Notes: a model not told the origin generated them from the sequence alone. A stretch of DNA of 64,000 nt from Myxococcota bacterium (GCA_041611735.1 JBFIML010000004.1:74065-138064), one strand, 5' to 3'. Shown: positions 9,114 through 19,770, counted from the stretch's first letter. Numbers and translations are program-made.

Positions 9114-9914
9114 ATGCGGAAGTGGCTCGGCATCGCGTTGGCGAGCGTGTTGGTGCTCGGCGCGGCGGAGGCCCGGGCCGCAGCCCTCGGCTTCACCGGC
9201 CAGCTCGTGCTCGGGATCGGGAACTTCCCGGCCGTGACCGCGGTCGGAAGCGGAACCGCCAGCGTCACCGCCGACGGCGGCTTCCACCTGCTCTCCCTGG
9301 GCGTACCCGGCGGCACCTTCGGGCCCATCACCGCCTCGCTCCCCGCGACGGCCGACGCCACCGTGCAGTCGGTGCGCTTCACCGCGGCCCAGAACCTGGC
9401 GGGCAACTTCACGAACCTCTCCGGCGGGCCGCCGGGTGGCGGACCCATGGGTCTCGCGGGGCTGGCCCGGCTGTGCCTCGTGTTCGACCCGACCTGCAGC
9501 GGCATCTTCGTACCCCCGCTGCCCCTCACCCCCATGGCGGGCGTCGGCTTCGGCGTGGGGGGAACCCAGCTCGTGAGCGGGGCCGTGGAGCTCACCCTCC
9601 AGCACGCGCCCTGGAGCGTGGGCTCGCCCTTCGTGACCATCCACAATCCCGGCAGCACGGTGAGCACGCCCACCGTGCCCATCGGCTTCGCCCACGGGCC
9701 GGCCTCCGGCACCTCCAGCACGGCGCAGCTCTCGGGCACCTTGCGCCTGGTGACCGTCACCCGGGTGCTGACCAGCCTGACCGGCACGCTCCCGGAGCTG
9801 CCGGTCTTCGGCCGGCTGACCCTGCACTTCGTGCCGGAGCCCGGGACGTTGCTGCTGCTCGGGTCGGCCGCACTCGGCGCCGCGTTGCTCGGGCGAGGCC
9901 GGCACCCCCGCTAG
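9114..9914 (+). CDS. PEP-CTERM sorting-domain surface protein (paralog 1)
   Basis: Signal peptide MRKWLGIALAS...AEARAA, Gly/Ser/Thr-rich body, and C-terminal VPEPGTLLLLGS + TM helix + basic tail RGRHPR. GAGGAGG RBS upstream. Confidence 0.9.
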   Translation: MRKWLGIALASVLVLGAAEARAAALGFTGQLVLGIGNFPAVTAVGSGTASVTADGGFHLLSLGVPGGTFGPITASLPATADATVQSVRFTAAQNLAGNFTNLSGGPPGGGPMGLAGLARLCLVFDPTCSGIFVPPLPLTPMAGVGFGVGGTQLVSGAVELTLQHAPWSVGSPFVTIHNPGSTVSTPTVPIGFAHGPASGTSSTAQLSGTLRLVTVTRVLTSLTGTLPELPVFGRLTLHFVPEPGTLLLLGSAALGAALLGRGRHPR

Positions 9915-10117
9915 CTCGAGCGCAGCCGGCACCCCCGCGCGGACCGGGCCGGCTCCGGACGCTGGCTGCCCGCCGCCGGGGGTCGCTTCCCCCCCGACGG
10001 GGCTGCGCTAGGGTTCCGCGCTGGCCGGGATCCGGGACGGGCCCGGGGTCGGCCGGCGCGCGCCACCTCGCCCCGCCCCGGTCCTCGCGCCGGCGGGGTT
10101 CGCCTGTCGGGAGCCCG

Positions 10118-11521
10118 ATGCTTCGCCGTCTGCTCGATTCCCCCTGGACCTACTACGTGCTCGCGGGCGTGCTGCTCGTCGTGGCGGTCCTCTCCCAGTT
10201 CGAGTTCCGCCCGCCGGCGCGCCCCCCGGGCAGCGTGGACCAGCTGGCCACGCTCCGGGAGCGCGACGACTTGAACGTGCTGTTCATCCTGATCGACACG
10301 CTTCGCGCCGACCGCCTGCACGCCTACGGCTACCCACGCGAGACCAGCCCCTGGATGGACGAGCTGGCGCGCACCGGCATCCGCTTCGAACGCGTGGTGG
10401 GACAGTCCACCTGGACCAAGAGCTCCATGGCCTCGCTGTGGACGGGCACCCACCCGGCCCGCAACGGCATCCTGCGCTGGGGACACGCGCTGCCCGACAC
10501 GGTGCGCATGCCCGCCGAGGTCCTGCGCGAGGCGGGCTTCCGCACCACCGGCATCTTCCGCAACGGCTGGGTGTCGGCGAACTTCGGCTTCTCCCAGGGC
10601 TTCGAGACCTACGTGAAGCCCGTGCCCAACGTGGCCCCAGCCCCGACGCGCAGCCCCCGCGCCTACGAGAAGCTGCAGGGCAGTGACGAGGACATCACCT
10701 TCCCGGCCCTGGAGTTCCTGCGCACCTACGGGCGGGAGCGCTTCCTGCTCTACGTCCACTACATGGACGTGCACCAGTACACCTACGGCGACCACTCGGC
10801 CCTGTTCGGCACCAGCTACTCGGACGCCTACGACAACGCCATCCACTGGACCGATCAGAACGTGGGGGTGCTGGTGCGGAAGCTCGACGAGCTGGGGGTA
10901 CGGGACCGCACGCTGCTCGTGATCGTCTCGGACCACGGCGAGGAGTTCCAGGAGCACGGCCGTGAGGGGCACGCCAAGAGCCTCTACCGGGAGGTGACGG
11001 AGGTGCCCTGGATCCTGAGCCTGCCCTTCCGGCTGGAGCCGGGCATCGTGGTGCCCGGGACGGTCCAGAACGTGGACGTCTGGCCGACGCTCCTCGACCT
11101 GCTGGGGCTGCCGGCCCTGGAGGAGACGGACGGGCGCTCGCTCCTGCCGGAGATCCAGGCGGCGGCGCGCGGCACCCCTCCCGAGGGCAACGGCCTGCCA
11201 CCCGCCTTCGCCCAGCTGGACCGGCGCTGGGGCAGGCCGGAGCTCGACCCGGACCCGCTGGTGGCCGTCACCGAGGGCTCCTACCGGCTGATCCTGGCTA
11301 CGGCGGGCGAGGAGCCGACCCTCGAGCTGTACGACCACGCCTCCGATCCCCTGGAAGCCGAGAACCTGGCCACGGAGCAGCCGGAGGTGACGGAGCGCCT
11401 GCGCGCCCGGGTGGACACGTACCTGGCCCAACCCGCCACGGCCTGGGGCCAGCCCCTGGAGGTCGAGATCAGCGACCTGGAACGCGGCCAGCTCCGGGCC
11501 CTCGGCTACGTCTTCCGCTAG
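10118..11521 (+). CDS. Membrane-anchored sulfatase-like hydrolase/transferase
   Basis: N-terminal TM, then IDTLRAD, STWTKSSMASLWTG, HYMDVH, SDHGEEF and terminal LRALGY. Confidence 0.8.
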   Translation: MLRRLLDSPWTYYVLAGVLLVVAVLSQFEFRPPARPPGSVDQLATLRERDDLNVLFILIDTLRADRLHAYGYPRETSPWMDELARTGIRFERVVGQSTWTKSSMASLWTGTHPARNGILRWGHALPDTVRMPAEVLREAGFRTTGIFRNGWVSANFGFSQGFETYVKPVPNVAPAPTRSPRAYEKLQGSDEDITFPALEFLRTYGRERFLLYVHYMDVHQYTYGDHSALFGTSYSDAYDNAIHWTDQNVGVLVRKLDELGVRDRTLLVIVSDHGEEFQEHGREGHAKSLYREVTEVPWILSLPFRLEPGIVVPGTVQNVDVWPTLLDLLGLPALEETDGRSLLPEIQAAARGTPPEGNGLPPAFAQLDRRWGRPELDPDPLVAVTEGSYRLILATAGEEPTLELYDHASDPLEAENLATEQPEVTERLRARVDTYLAQPATAWGQPLEVEISDLERGQLRALGYVFR

Positions 11522-11567
11522 GGGCGTCGCCTCCTCGCGGCGCGGCGCGGACCGGACGCCAAGAGCC

Positions 11568-13553
11568 GTGCGCAGCCCGGGCGACGTGGCGGCCTGGTGC
11601 GCGGTCGCGCTGGCGGTGGCGCTGGCCCTGGGGCTCACCGCGCACCGCATCGCCTTCTCGCCCGCCGGGATCGTGATCCTCCCAGACCCGCAGGCGCCCT
11701 GGATCCAGGCGGACGCGCCGGTCACCGCCCTGCTGCAGCAGTGGGGACGGGAGGAGGCGCCGGTCACGCGCTTCTTCACCTCGTTCTCCCTGGAGCGGCC
11801 AGCGGCCCGGGCGGAGCTCTCGGTGCGCGCCTTTGGCCCGGCCCAGGTCACCCTGAACGGCGAGCCCGTCTCCTTCGCTGCGAGCCCGCCCGGGACGTCG
11901 GACTGGAAGCGCTTCCGCCGCACCGAGGTGGGCCTGCGGGCCGGCAGCAACACGCTGCACGTGGACGTGGCGAACCGCCGGGGACCGGCGCTCCTCGCCC
12001 TGCGCCTGGCGGGCGACGGTTTCGCGCGGACCACGGGCCCCGACTGGCTGGCCCTGGCCGACGACGGCACGACGCGGCGCACGCGCCCGGCCAGCGACCG
12101 GCGCCGGCACCCGGACTCCTACGCGAGCGAGCGCCCGCTCGCCGCCCTGGTCGAGATGGGCAGCGCGGTCGCGCTGCTGGGCGGACTGGCGGCGACGGCC
12201 TTCCTGGTGGCGCGGCGCCGGGCGGTCGGGGCTCCATCCTGGCTCCCGGCCGCCGCTGGGGGCGGCGTCGTCCTGGCCTGGGTCGTCCTCCTGGCCGTGA
12301 AGCTGCGTCACCTGGGCCTCGACGTGGGCTTCGACGCCGGCAACCACCTGGACTACGTGGAGGGGCTGCGTCGGGACGGGCGCCTGCCCCGGGCCACGGA
12401 GCACTGGTCCGCCTACCACCCTCCCCTCTTCTACCTGGCGAGCGCCGGGCTGGATGCCCTGGCGGGAGCCCTGGGCGCAGTCCGCAGCCACTCGCTGGCC
12501 CTGAAGGGGGTTCCCTTCCTGGCGGGCCTCGGGAACGTGGCCCTCGCCGGGGCGCTCGCCCGGCGCCTCGTGCCCGAGGACCGCGTCGCCCGCGCCCTGG
12601 CCATCGTCTTCGCCGGCTTCCTGCCCGTGAACCTCTACGTGGCGGCCTACTTCTCCAACGAGGGCCTGCACGCCTTCCTGGCCGGCCTCGCCCTGGTGCT
12701 GGCGGTGGGGCTGCTGCGGGCCGACCGGGTGAGCCTGCGCGGCGCGGCGCTCGTCTCCCTGGCCCTCGGCGCGGCGCTGCTCACCAAGTTCACGGCCGTG
12801 CTGGTGGCGGGGCCGGTGCTCCTGGCCCTGGGCGCGAAGATCCTGGTGGTCGAGCGCGGGCGGCCCGGGGCGGCGGGCGGGCGCCTCGCCGCCCTGCTGC
12901 TCCCGCTGCTCGGGGTGGCCGGCTGGTTCTATGTGCGCAACGTCCTGGAGTACGGGCGCCCGCTGGTGGGCAACTGGGACCTGCCGGACCCGCGCCGCAG
13001 CTGGTGGTCGCCGCCGGGCTTCCACACGCCGGGCTACTACCTGCACTTCGGCGAGGCGCTGCTGCGTCCCTACTTCGCGGGCTTCGTCTCGTTCTGGGAC
13101 GCGCTCTACTCCACCTTCTGGGGCGACGGCTTCGTGGGCGGCCGCGCGGGCGTGCGCTGGCGTCACCCGCTCTGGAACTACACGTTCATGGCCGCGGGCT
13201 ACCTGCTGGCCCTGCCCGCCACGCTGCTGCTCGGAGCCGGCTTCGTCGGGATCCTGGGCGCCGCGTGGCGCGACCGGGATGCGCGCCGCCGCGCCGCCTT
13301 CGGCCTGCTCGGGCTCGTGTGCGCCGCCATGGGCTTCGCCGTCTTCTGGGCCACCCTGGCGCTCCCCTACCACGGCCAGGCCCGGGCCTCGTACCTGCTC
13401 GCCCTGGTCCCCGTCTGGGCGCTCTGCTTCGCCCGGGCGACGAGCGGGCTCGAGCGTCGGCTCGCCGCCCGGGGCTGGACGGCGGCGCGCGCGCTCCTGG
13501 TCGCCTGGCTCGGCGCGCTCTTCGGCGTGCTCTACCTGGGCTTCGCGGGCTGA
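11568..13553 (+). CDS. GT-C (ArnT/PMT-like) membrane glycosyltransferase with an N-terminal extracytoplasmic beta-sandwich
   Basis: Soluble beta-rich segment, then GFDAGNHLDY, HPPLFY, SNE, LTKFT and WFYVRN motifs among many TM helices. Confidence 0.65.
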   Translation: MRSPGDVAAWCAVALAVALALGLTAHRIAFSPAGIVILPDPQAPWIQADAPVTALLQQWGREEAPVTRFFTSFSLERPAARAELSVRAFGPAQVTLNGEPVSFAASPPGTSDWKRFRRTEVGLRAGSNTLHVDVANRRGPALLALRLAGDGFARTTGPDWLALADDGTTRRTRPASDRRRHPDSYASERPLAALVEMGSAVALLGGLAATAFLVARRRAVGAPSWLPAAAGGGVVLAWVVLLAVKLRHLGLDVGFDAGNHLDYVEGLRRDGRLPRATEHWSAYHPPLFYLASAGLDALAGALGAVRSHSLALKGVPFLAGLGNVALAGALARRLVPEDRVARALAIVFAGFLPVNLYVAAYFSNEGLHAFLAGLALVLAVGLLRADRVSLRGAALVSLALGAALLTKFTAVLVAGPVLLALGAKILVVERGRPGAAGGRLAALLLPLLGVAGWFYVRNVLEYGRPLVGNWDLPDPRRSWWSPPGFHTPGYYLHFGEALLRPYFAGFVSFWDALYSTFWGDGFVGGRAGVRWRHPLWNYTFMAAGYLLALPATLLLGAGFVGILGAAWRDRDARRRAAFGLLGLVCAAMGFAVFWATLALPYHGQARASYLLALVPVWALCFARATSGLERRLAARGWTAARALLVAWLGALFGVLYLGFAG

Positions 13554-13555
13554 GC

Positions 13556-15181
13556 GTGCAGCGGACGACCCGGCGGCGGGCGGTGCTGTGCGTGGCGCTG
13601 GTCGCCGCCCTGGCGGCGCTCGCCGGGAGCCGACTGGAGCTCCCGGGTCCCTACTACGACGAGGTGGTGCAGGCCGTCCCGGCCGCCGAGTTCCTGGATG
13701 GGCGCATCCGCGGCGCACCGCTGCCGGGCTCCCAGGCCCTGCACCTGGCCGGACGTCCGTTTCCCTGGCTCACCCAGGCCTACATGGGGGCGCTCAAGAG
13801 CCAGCTCCTGATTGCCTCCTTCGCCCTGGCGGGAGAGCAGGTGGCGGTGCTGCGCGCCACGACGCTGGTCTGGAGCACCCTCGGCCTGCTGGCTGCCCTC
13901 GTCTTCGGCTGGCGCGCCCTCGGCGCCGGGGCGGCCGCGCTGGGCGGCCTGCTGCTGGTCACCGATCCGAGCTTCGTCTTCCTGAGCCGTCACGACTGGG
14001 GCTCCTTCGCCCTGGGCTTCGCCCTGCGCTGCGGCGCCCTGGCCGCGGCCGTGCTCTGGTGGGACAGCGGGAAGGCACGCTGGGCGCTGGCGGCCGGCGC
14101 CGCCCTCGGCCTGGGCGTCTACAACAAGATCGACTTCGCGGTGTTCCCCGCCGCGGCCCTCGGCGCGCTGCTCGTCGCCGGGCGGGGCACCGTCGCGGCG
14201 GCCCTGCGCCAGCGACGGGCGCAGGTGCTGGGCGCCGCGGCGCTGGCGGGGCTCCTGGCGCTGCCCATTGCCGTTTCCCTCTTCACCCTGGCGGGCGAGG
14301 CGGGCCGGCTGGCCGAGCAGGTGGCCTTCGCCGAGAAGTGGCGCGCGCACGGGGCCGTGCTGGACGGCTCCTACTTCCTGCGCCTGATGCGCGCCGGGGG
14401 GCGCTTCGACGTCCTGTTCGCGGAGCCGGCCCCGCGCGGCGGCCTGGGCCTGGCCGCCGCCGTGGCCGCCCTGGGTCTCGGGGCGGCTCTCCTGCGCCGC
14501 CGCGCCCCGCGCGGGAGCGCCTTCGTGCTGGTGTGCGGAGGCCTGACGCTCGCCCTCCTGCTGCTGGCCCCCGGTGCGGCGCGTGCCCACCACGTGATGA
14601 ATGCCTGGCCCTTTCCGCACTGGATCCTGGCCCTCGGTCTCCTGGGCCTGTGGGGTCGGGGCGGGGGGCGTGCGTTCTGGCTGCGCCGGACGCTCGCCGT
14701 GGCGGTGCTGGCCGGCGTGGTGGGCGCGAACCTGCGCGTGGTCGAGCGCACCCACGCGGAGATCCGGGCCAGCGGCGGACGCGGCTTCTGGAGCGATGCC
14801 ATCTCGACCTTCGCCGCGCAGGCGCGGGAGAGCCCGGGGCTGCGCGTCGTCTGCCTGGACTGGGGCTTCCACACCCAGATCGCCCTGCTGGCGCCCGGGG
14901 TCCGCTCCCTGGACGCCATCTGGGCGGCGCGGCGCGAGCTGGCGCGGGGGCGCGCCTGGGTCCTGGAGGGCGACGCCCGCACCATCTACCTGGTGCACGC
15001 GCCGCCCTACGACCTGTTTCCGCTGGGCAGCGCCTTCCGGGACGCCCTGGACGAGCGCCCCGCGGCGGACGTGACGGTTCGCCGCTACCGCGACCGGCTG
15101 GGCCACGAGGCGTTCCGGGCCGTGCGCCTGGCCGCACCCCACCGGCTCGGCTACGACGGCGCGTCGCTGCGGCTGGACTGA
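13556..15181 (+). CDS. GT-C (GT39/ArnT-like) membrane glycosyltransferase
   Basis: First TM followed by YYDE, then YMGALKS, multiple TMs, GLGVYNK and a soluble C-terminal domain. GTG at 13556. Confidence 0.65.
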   Translation: MQRTTRRRAVLCVALVAALAALAGSRLELPGPYYDEVVQAVPAAEFLDGRIRGAPLPGSQALHLAGRPFPWLTQAYMGALKSQLLIASFALAGEQVAVLRATTLVWSTLGLLAALVFGWRALGAGAAALGGLLLVTDPSFVFLSRHDWGSFALGFALRCGALAAAVLWWDSGKARWALAAGAALGLGVYNKIDFAVFPAAALGALLVAGRGTVAAALRQRRAQVLGAAALAGLLALPIAVSLFTLAGEAGRLAEQVAFAEKWRAHGAVLDGSYFLRLMRAGGRFDVLFAEPAPRGGLGLAAAVAALGLGAALLRRRAPRGSAFVLVCGGLTLALLLLAPGAARAHHVMNAWPFPHWILALGLLGLWGRGGGRAFWLRRTLAVAVLAGVVGANLRVVERTHAEIRASGGRGFWSDAISTFAAQARESPGLRVVCLDWGFHTQIALLAPGVRSLDAIWAARRELARGRAWVLEGDARTIYLVHAPPYDLFPLGSAFRDALDERPAADVTVRRYRDRLGHEAFRAVRLAAPHRLGYDGASLRLD

Positions 15182-16782
15182 GCCGGGCCGACGCGCTGCC
15201 ACACCACGAAGGAGGCCCAGGGGCGCGTCTCCTCCCAGAGCGGCCGGCGCGCCCACAGGCCGCGGGCCGCGTCCCCGGTCACGAAGCTCACGCTGCCGTC
15301 CGGCCGGAACGGGGTGGCCGCCACCAGCCGGTAGTCCGCCTCCACCAGCTCCCGGAGCCCGCGGCGCAGATCGGGCGCCGTGTCGGGATGCTCGAGCAGG
15401 GACGTCTCCAGGAACGTGGCGACGATGAAGGCGGGCCGGGCCGCGCGGACCTGGCGCAGCGCCTCCTGCTGACGCTCCCGCACGCCGGGAAAGGGAGCCA
15501 GCAGGGGATACACGAAGATGTAGCGGGTCGCGCTGCGGCGCCGGGCGTAGAAGAGCACCTGCGGCTCCGAGCCGAACACGAACAGGCGATCCGTGGCGGT
15601 CGAGTGCCGGGCCACCCAGTCCGCCACCGCCAGGGACTCCACGAAGGGGTTGTTGGCGTAGAGGCGGCGGCACTTCGCCGCGGGATCGCCCGGCAGGTAG
15701 TACCAGGGCGCGCTCCATACCGCGTGCAGCACCAGGACCGCCGCGCCGGCTACGGCCAGCAGGCGGGTACGCGGGTCCCGACCCAGTCGCCGGGCGGCCT
15801 CGTCCAGGCCGGCGCCCGCCAGCAGCGCCAGGGGAGGCGCCACGAACATGAAGTAGTGGTTCCGGAAGTACCCGCCGGCGGAGGCCGCCAGGCACGCCGC
15901 CCCGAGCCAGGCCAGGCTCCAGGCGAAGCCCCGCCCCGGGGCGGCACCCGGCGCGCTCCCGGGCCGGAGGCGGAGCGCCAGGCCGGCGGCGGCCACGAGA
16001 ACGAGGGGCGCCAGGCTCGGCAGGAGCTCCCCCGCCTGGAGGCGCAGGGACGCCCAGTAGGCGGAGAACGGCAGCGAGGTCCCGTACGCCAGGTTGTACC
16101 GCACCGTGGCATCGAAGAAGGGCTGCCACGCGCCGGCGGCCACGAAGTAGGCGACCCCCGCTGCCCCCGCGCCGAGCCCGCCCGCGGCGTAGGCGGCCAG
16201 GGGCGCGAGCCGCCCGCGCGTGCCCCACGCGATGCGGGCCGCTGCGACGGCCACCACGGGAGCCGCCACGGGCTTGAAGCTGAGGGCCGCGGCACCGGCC
16301 AGGCCGGCGGCGAAGGCCCAGCGAGCGGCCGGCCCGGCCACGCTGCGCTCCGCCGCCAGCATGCCGGCCGCCAGGGGCAGGAGGGCCAGCAGCTCCGTGT
16401 TGGCGGCGTTGCCGAGGAAGACGGGATCCACGGTGAGGAGCACCAGCAGCAGACCGGCGGCGAGCGCGGCGGGAGCCGAGAACCAGCGCCACCCGAGAGC
16501 CAGGACGCAGGCCAGCGTACCCAGGGTCCAGAGCTGGGCGCCCCAGTGGATGGCCCCCGGCGTGGCGCCAAGGGTGCGCAGGATGCCGGCATAGACGGCC
16601 ACTGCGCCGGGGGGCTTCTGGAGGAAGCTGTCGCGGTAGGGCACGTCGCCCGCGAGCCAGGCCCAGGCGGTGTAGGCGTACTCCCCTTCGTCCCGCTCCA
16701 GGGGCACGTCGGCCACCGTGGCGCGAAGTCCGAGCGCCAGCGCGCCCACCAGGCCGGCGGCCAGCAGGGGCGTGGCCCTCAA
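15151..16782 (-). CDS. GT-C (GT39/ArnT-like) membrane glycosyltransferase
   Basis: LERDEGEYAY, PYRD..QKPP, NTE and FRNHY motifs. TTG 16782 overlaps the upstream TGA. Confidence 0.75.
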   Translation of the reverse strand: MRATPLLAAGLVGALALGLRATVADVPLERDEGEYAYTAWAWLAGDVPYRDSFLQKPPGAVAVYAGILRTLGATPGAIHWGAQLWTLGTLACVLALGWRWFSAPAALAAGLLLVLLTVDPVFLGNAANTELLALLPLAAGMLAAERSVAGPAARWAFAAGLAGAAALSFKPVAAPVVAVAAARIAWGTRGRLAPLAAYAAGGLGAGAAGVAYFVAAGAWQPFFDATVRYNLAYGTSLPFSAYWASLRLQAGELLPSLAPLVLVAAAGLALRLRPGSAPGAAPGRGFAWSLAWLGAACLAASAGGYFRNHYFMFVAPPLALLAGAGLDEAARRLGRDPRTRLLAVAGAAVLVLHAVWSAPWYYLPGDPAAKCRRLYANNPFVESLAVADWVARHSTATDRLFVFGSEPQVLFYARRRSATRYIFVYPLLAPFPGVRERQQEALRQVRAARPAFIVATFLETSLLEHPDTAPDLRRGLRELVEADYRLVAATPFRPDGSVSFVTGDAARGLWARRPLWEETRPWASFVVWQRVGPAQSSRSDAPS

Positions 16783-18101
16783 CGGGGGGCCTGCGCCCGG
16801 GCTGCGACGACCCGCGCGATCTCCGTGGCGACCCGCTGGTAGCCCCGCGGCGTGTAGTGGCAGCAGTGGTCCTTGTAGATCTCGCCGGGCTCGTCGCGGA
16901 AGAGGCCGGTCAGATCGTGGAAGGCGATGCCCGCCCGGGCCAGCTCCGCCCCCGCCGCCACCAGGCGCGGGTAGCCGAGCTCGGCGCCCTGGCGGTAGCG
17001 ATCGCGGGCCGGACTCCGGGCCGTGGCCCGCTCCCGGGGCGTCAGCGCCTTGGAGCCCGCCAGGTACTGGTTGGGCTGGAGGAAGTGGAGATAGAGCATG
17101 CCGTTGGCCTGCGCGAGGTGCGCCATCTCCCGGGAGGCGGCCTGCCAGGTACGCACCAGCGCCTCGAGCAGCGCGGCGTCGGTGGCGGGGGCGTCGACGG
17201 GGCCCGTCAGCTCGGGACCCGGCCCCGCCTCCTCCTGGAGGAGGCTGCGCAGCTGCGCCTCGAGACGCGTCTGCTCCGAGAGGTAGCGGCGATGCAGGGC
17301 GTGCCACACCAGGAGCGCGAAGCCGCTCTCGCGCCACGGGGCCGCCGCGAAGCGCGCGCGCAGCGTCTCGATCTGCTCCCGCTCCGCGGCCAGCCGCCCC
17401 ACCAGGATCGTCGTGTCCACGGACTGCACCCGGGCGGCGTAGGCCCGCCAGCTGCGCGGGTAGTCGGACGCCACGTGCAGGCGCGCGTTCTCCGCGAAGG
17501 GGAGCGCCACCTCGTTGTAGCCGTCGAGATTGACCACCGCGTCGAAGCGGGCGCCCCGGGTCAGGAGCCAGGCCAGGGCCAGCAGCTGCTGGGGCTGCTT
17601 CATGCCGTCCAGGGCCAGGCAGACGATCTCGATGCGCCGGGCGGCCAGGGTGACGTCCGCCGCCAGCTGACGCTCGAGCACCGCGCGAGCCTCGAGGAAG
17701 AGCTCCAGGGCCACGGAACCCCCGAAGAGCGCGACGCGGAAGGCGAGTCCGGGACGTTGCACCAGGGGATCCGGGCCGAAGAAGCCGTAACGGTTCACGG
17801 CCACGTGGACCGGGATGCCGTTCAGACGATGCTCCGCCAGGGCGGGATTGCGCACGAAGCCCAGGTAGGGATGCAGGATGTGGTCCTGCATCCAGGGCGG
17901 GGCGGGCCGCCGCCCCTCCGGGCCCGGGGCCCGCGCCTCCGGGGTCCGCGCCGGCAGCTCGAGGCTGGCCTGGACCTGGGCGCGGCTGGCCCAGCGGTCC
18001 GAGAGCAGGCCCAGCAGGGCGCGCGAGCCGAGCTCGAGGAGCACTGCCGTCACCAGCACCACGCCGAGGGCGACCGCCGAGGTCCGGATGGCGCGCCGCA
18101 T
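16779..18101 (-). CDS. Membrane-anchored SGNH-like protein
   Basis: N-terminal TM (LLELGSR), HPYLGF, FGGSVA, KQPQQL, NLDGYNE, LQPNQY and DHCCHY motifs. Confidence 0.65.
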   Translation of the reverse strand: MRRAIRTSAVALGVVLVTAVLLELGSRALLGLLSDRWASRAQVQASLELPARTPEARAPGPEGRRPAPPWMQDHILHPYLGFVRNPALAEHRLNGIPVHVAVNRYGFFGPDPLVQRPGLAFRVALFGGSVALELFLEARAVLERQLAADVTLAARRIEIVCLALDGMKQPQQLLALAWLLTRGARFDAVVNLDGYNEVALPFAENARLHVASDYPRSWRAYAARVQSVDTTILVGRLAAEREQIETLRARFAAAPWRESGFALLVWHALHRRYLSEQTRLEAQLRSLLQEEAGPGPELTGPVDAPATDAALLEALVRTWQAASREMAHLAQANGMLYLHFLQPNQYLAGSKALTPRERATARSPARDRYRQGAELGYPRLVAAGAELARAGIAFHDLTGLFRDEPGEIYKDHCCHYTPRGYQRVATEIARVVAARAQAPR

Positions 18102-19738
18102 CACGGCGTGAGCGGTGCGCCGTGGGCCCGGCGCTCGGCGAGCCGGGCCCGCACCGCGGCGAGCTCGCCGCGCACCGCCTCGTCGAAGCCTCCCCCGAGA
18201 CGCAGCGCCTGCTCCAGCAGCGCGGCCGCCTCCTCCAGCTCGCCGCGCACGTAGTGGGCGTGGGCTCGAACGCGCAGGTCCGCCTGGGTCTGCCGCGGCC
18301 GGTCCCGCGTGGCCTCGATCCAGGCGCCGGCCATGTCGGCCAGCACGGCCTGGAAGCGCGGGTCCTCGCGAACGGCCGCGAAATCCGGCACCTCGTAGAA
18401 GTACATGAAGCGGTGGAAGCCCCGCTCGAAGGCGCGGCGCGCCGCCCCCGCCGCCACGGCGGCGTCGCCGCGCCGGGCGGCCCGGCTGGCCGAGACCACC
18501 TGGGCGGCCAGGCCGTCGGGGTAGTGACGCACCGTGGCCAGGGTGAGCGTGGCCTCGGAGCGCCAGATGCGGGCCTGCGCGTGGCTGCGCACGGCGAAGA
18601 CGGCGGCCAGCACCAGCACCGCCGCCGTGGCCACGCGGGCCGGGGAGAGGGCGCCGGGCCGGGCGGCGCGGGGCGCGAAGCGCGCCCGCACATCGCCCGC
18701 CACGCACAGCGCGGCGCCCAGCAGACCTGGCAGGATCGTGTAGAGGTAGCGGTCCGCCATGGGATACAAGAACGGCAGCGCCTGGGAGACCGGCGCCCAG
18801 GCGGCCGCCGCCCACACCCACCAGGCCGCCTCCTCGCGCCGCCGGGCCAGGGCCCAGACCACCCGGGCGGCCAGCAGGCCCCCGAGCGCCAGGCCCGCCA
18901 GCCACCAGGGATCGAGCCAGGAGAGCGCCGGGGGGGGCTCGTGGAAGGGCGCCACCCCCCAGGAGGTGGCGGCCATCACCAGGTAGCGGGCGCCGATGGC
19001 GACCGCGGTGCGCACGTGCACCCAGGGGTCCGGGTGCAGCCCCTCGGCCAGCATCCCCTGGCGGCCGAAGCTGAACAGCGCGGGGGCGGCGTAGAGCGCG
19101 AACAGCCCCCCCCACACCAGGAGCCAGCGCGCGTGGCGGCGCCAGCCGTCGGCCGGGTCCCGGGCGTTCCAGGCGAAGACCGCCGCCACCGGCAGTGCGA
19201 AGGACGTGGACGCCTTGCTGAGCAGTCCCGCGGCGAAGAGCACCGCGGCGAGCAGCGGGCGGGTCGGGAAGGCCAGCAGGGCCCCGACGCCCAGGGCCAG
19301 GCAGGCCAGGGTCTTCAGCTGGAAGATCCAGGCCACCGTCTCCACGTTGGCCGGGTGCACCAGGAAGACGAGGCCCGCCAGCCCGCTCGCCAGGGGCGGG
19401 AAGCCCCGCCGCACCAGGAGCGCCACCAGCAGCGCCGTGGCCAGCGCGTGCAGCACCACGTTCACCACGTGGTAGCCCGTCGTGTCCGGACCCCAGAGCG
19501 ACCACTCGAGGGCGTGGGCCAGCAGGTGCACGGGCGCCCAGTTCGCAGTGTAGAGCGCCGGCTCGCCCCAGGGATCCAGCAGCGCCCGCAGGTTGTCGAG
19601 GCTGAGCGCGTGCACGTAGGGATTGGTGACGATGTAGCCGAGGTCGTCGGAGAGGAAGCTCCCGTGCAGGGCCGGGGCGAAGACGGCGAGGGCGATCAGC
19701 GTGAAGCCGACGGGGAGCGCCACCGGGACGAGCCGCAT
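18101..19738 (-). CDS. TMTC-like GT-C glycosyltransferase with a short TPR tail
   Basis: FLSDDLGYIVTNP, YHVVNVVLH, HPANVETVAWIFQLKT and MADRYLY motifs. Confidence 0.75.
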   Translation of the reverse strand: MRLVPVALPVGFTLIALAVFAPALHGSFLSDDLGYIVTNPYVHALSLDNLRALLDPWGEPALYTANWAPVHLLAHALEWSLWGPDTTGYHVVNVVLHALATALLVALLVRRGFPPLASGLAGLVFLVHPANVETVAWIFQLKTLACLALGVGALLAFPTRPLLAAVLFAAGLLSKASTSFALPVAAVFAWNARDPADGWRRHARWLLVWGGLFALYAAPALFSFGRQGMLAEGLHPDPWVHVRTAVAIGARYLVMAATSWGVAPFHEPPPALSWLDPWWLAGLALGGLLAARVVWALARRREEAAWWVWAAAAWAPVSQALPFLYPMADRYLYTILPGLLGAALCVAGDVRARFAPRAARPGALSPARVATAAVLVLAAVFAVRSHAQARIWRSEATLTLATVRHYPDGLAAQVVSASRAARRGDAAVAAGAARRAFERGFHRFMYFYEVPDFAAVREDPRFQAVLADMAGAWIEATRDRPRQTQADLRVRAHAHYVRGELEEAAALLEQALRLGGGFDEAVRGELAAVRARLAERRAHGAPLTP

Positions 19739-19770
19739 GGGGCGATGCTACCGCGCCACTTGCCGGCCGT

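Noticed and set aside
9920-10110. GC hairpins after PEP-CTERM 1 as a terminator, REP element or sRNA
   Set aside because: There is no U-tract and no second copy was seen. Such pairing is expected by chance at this GC content.
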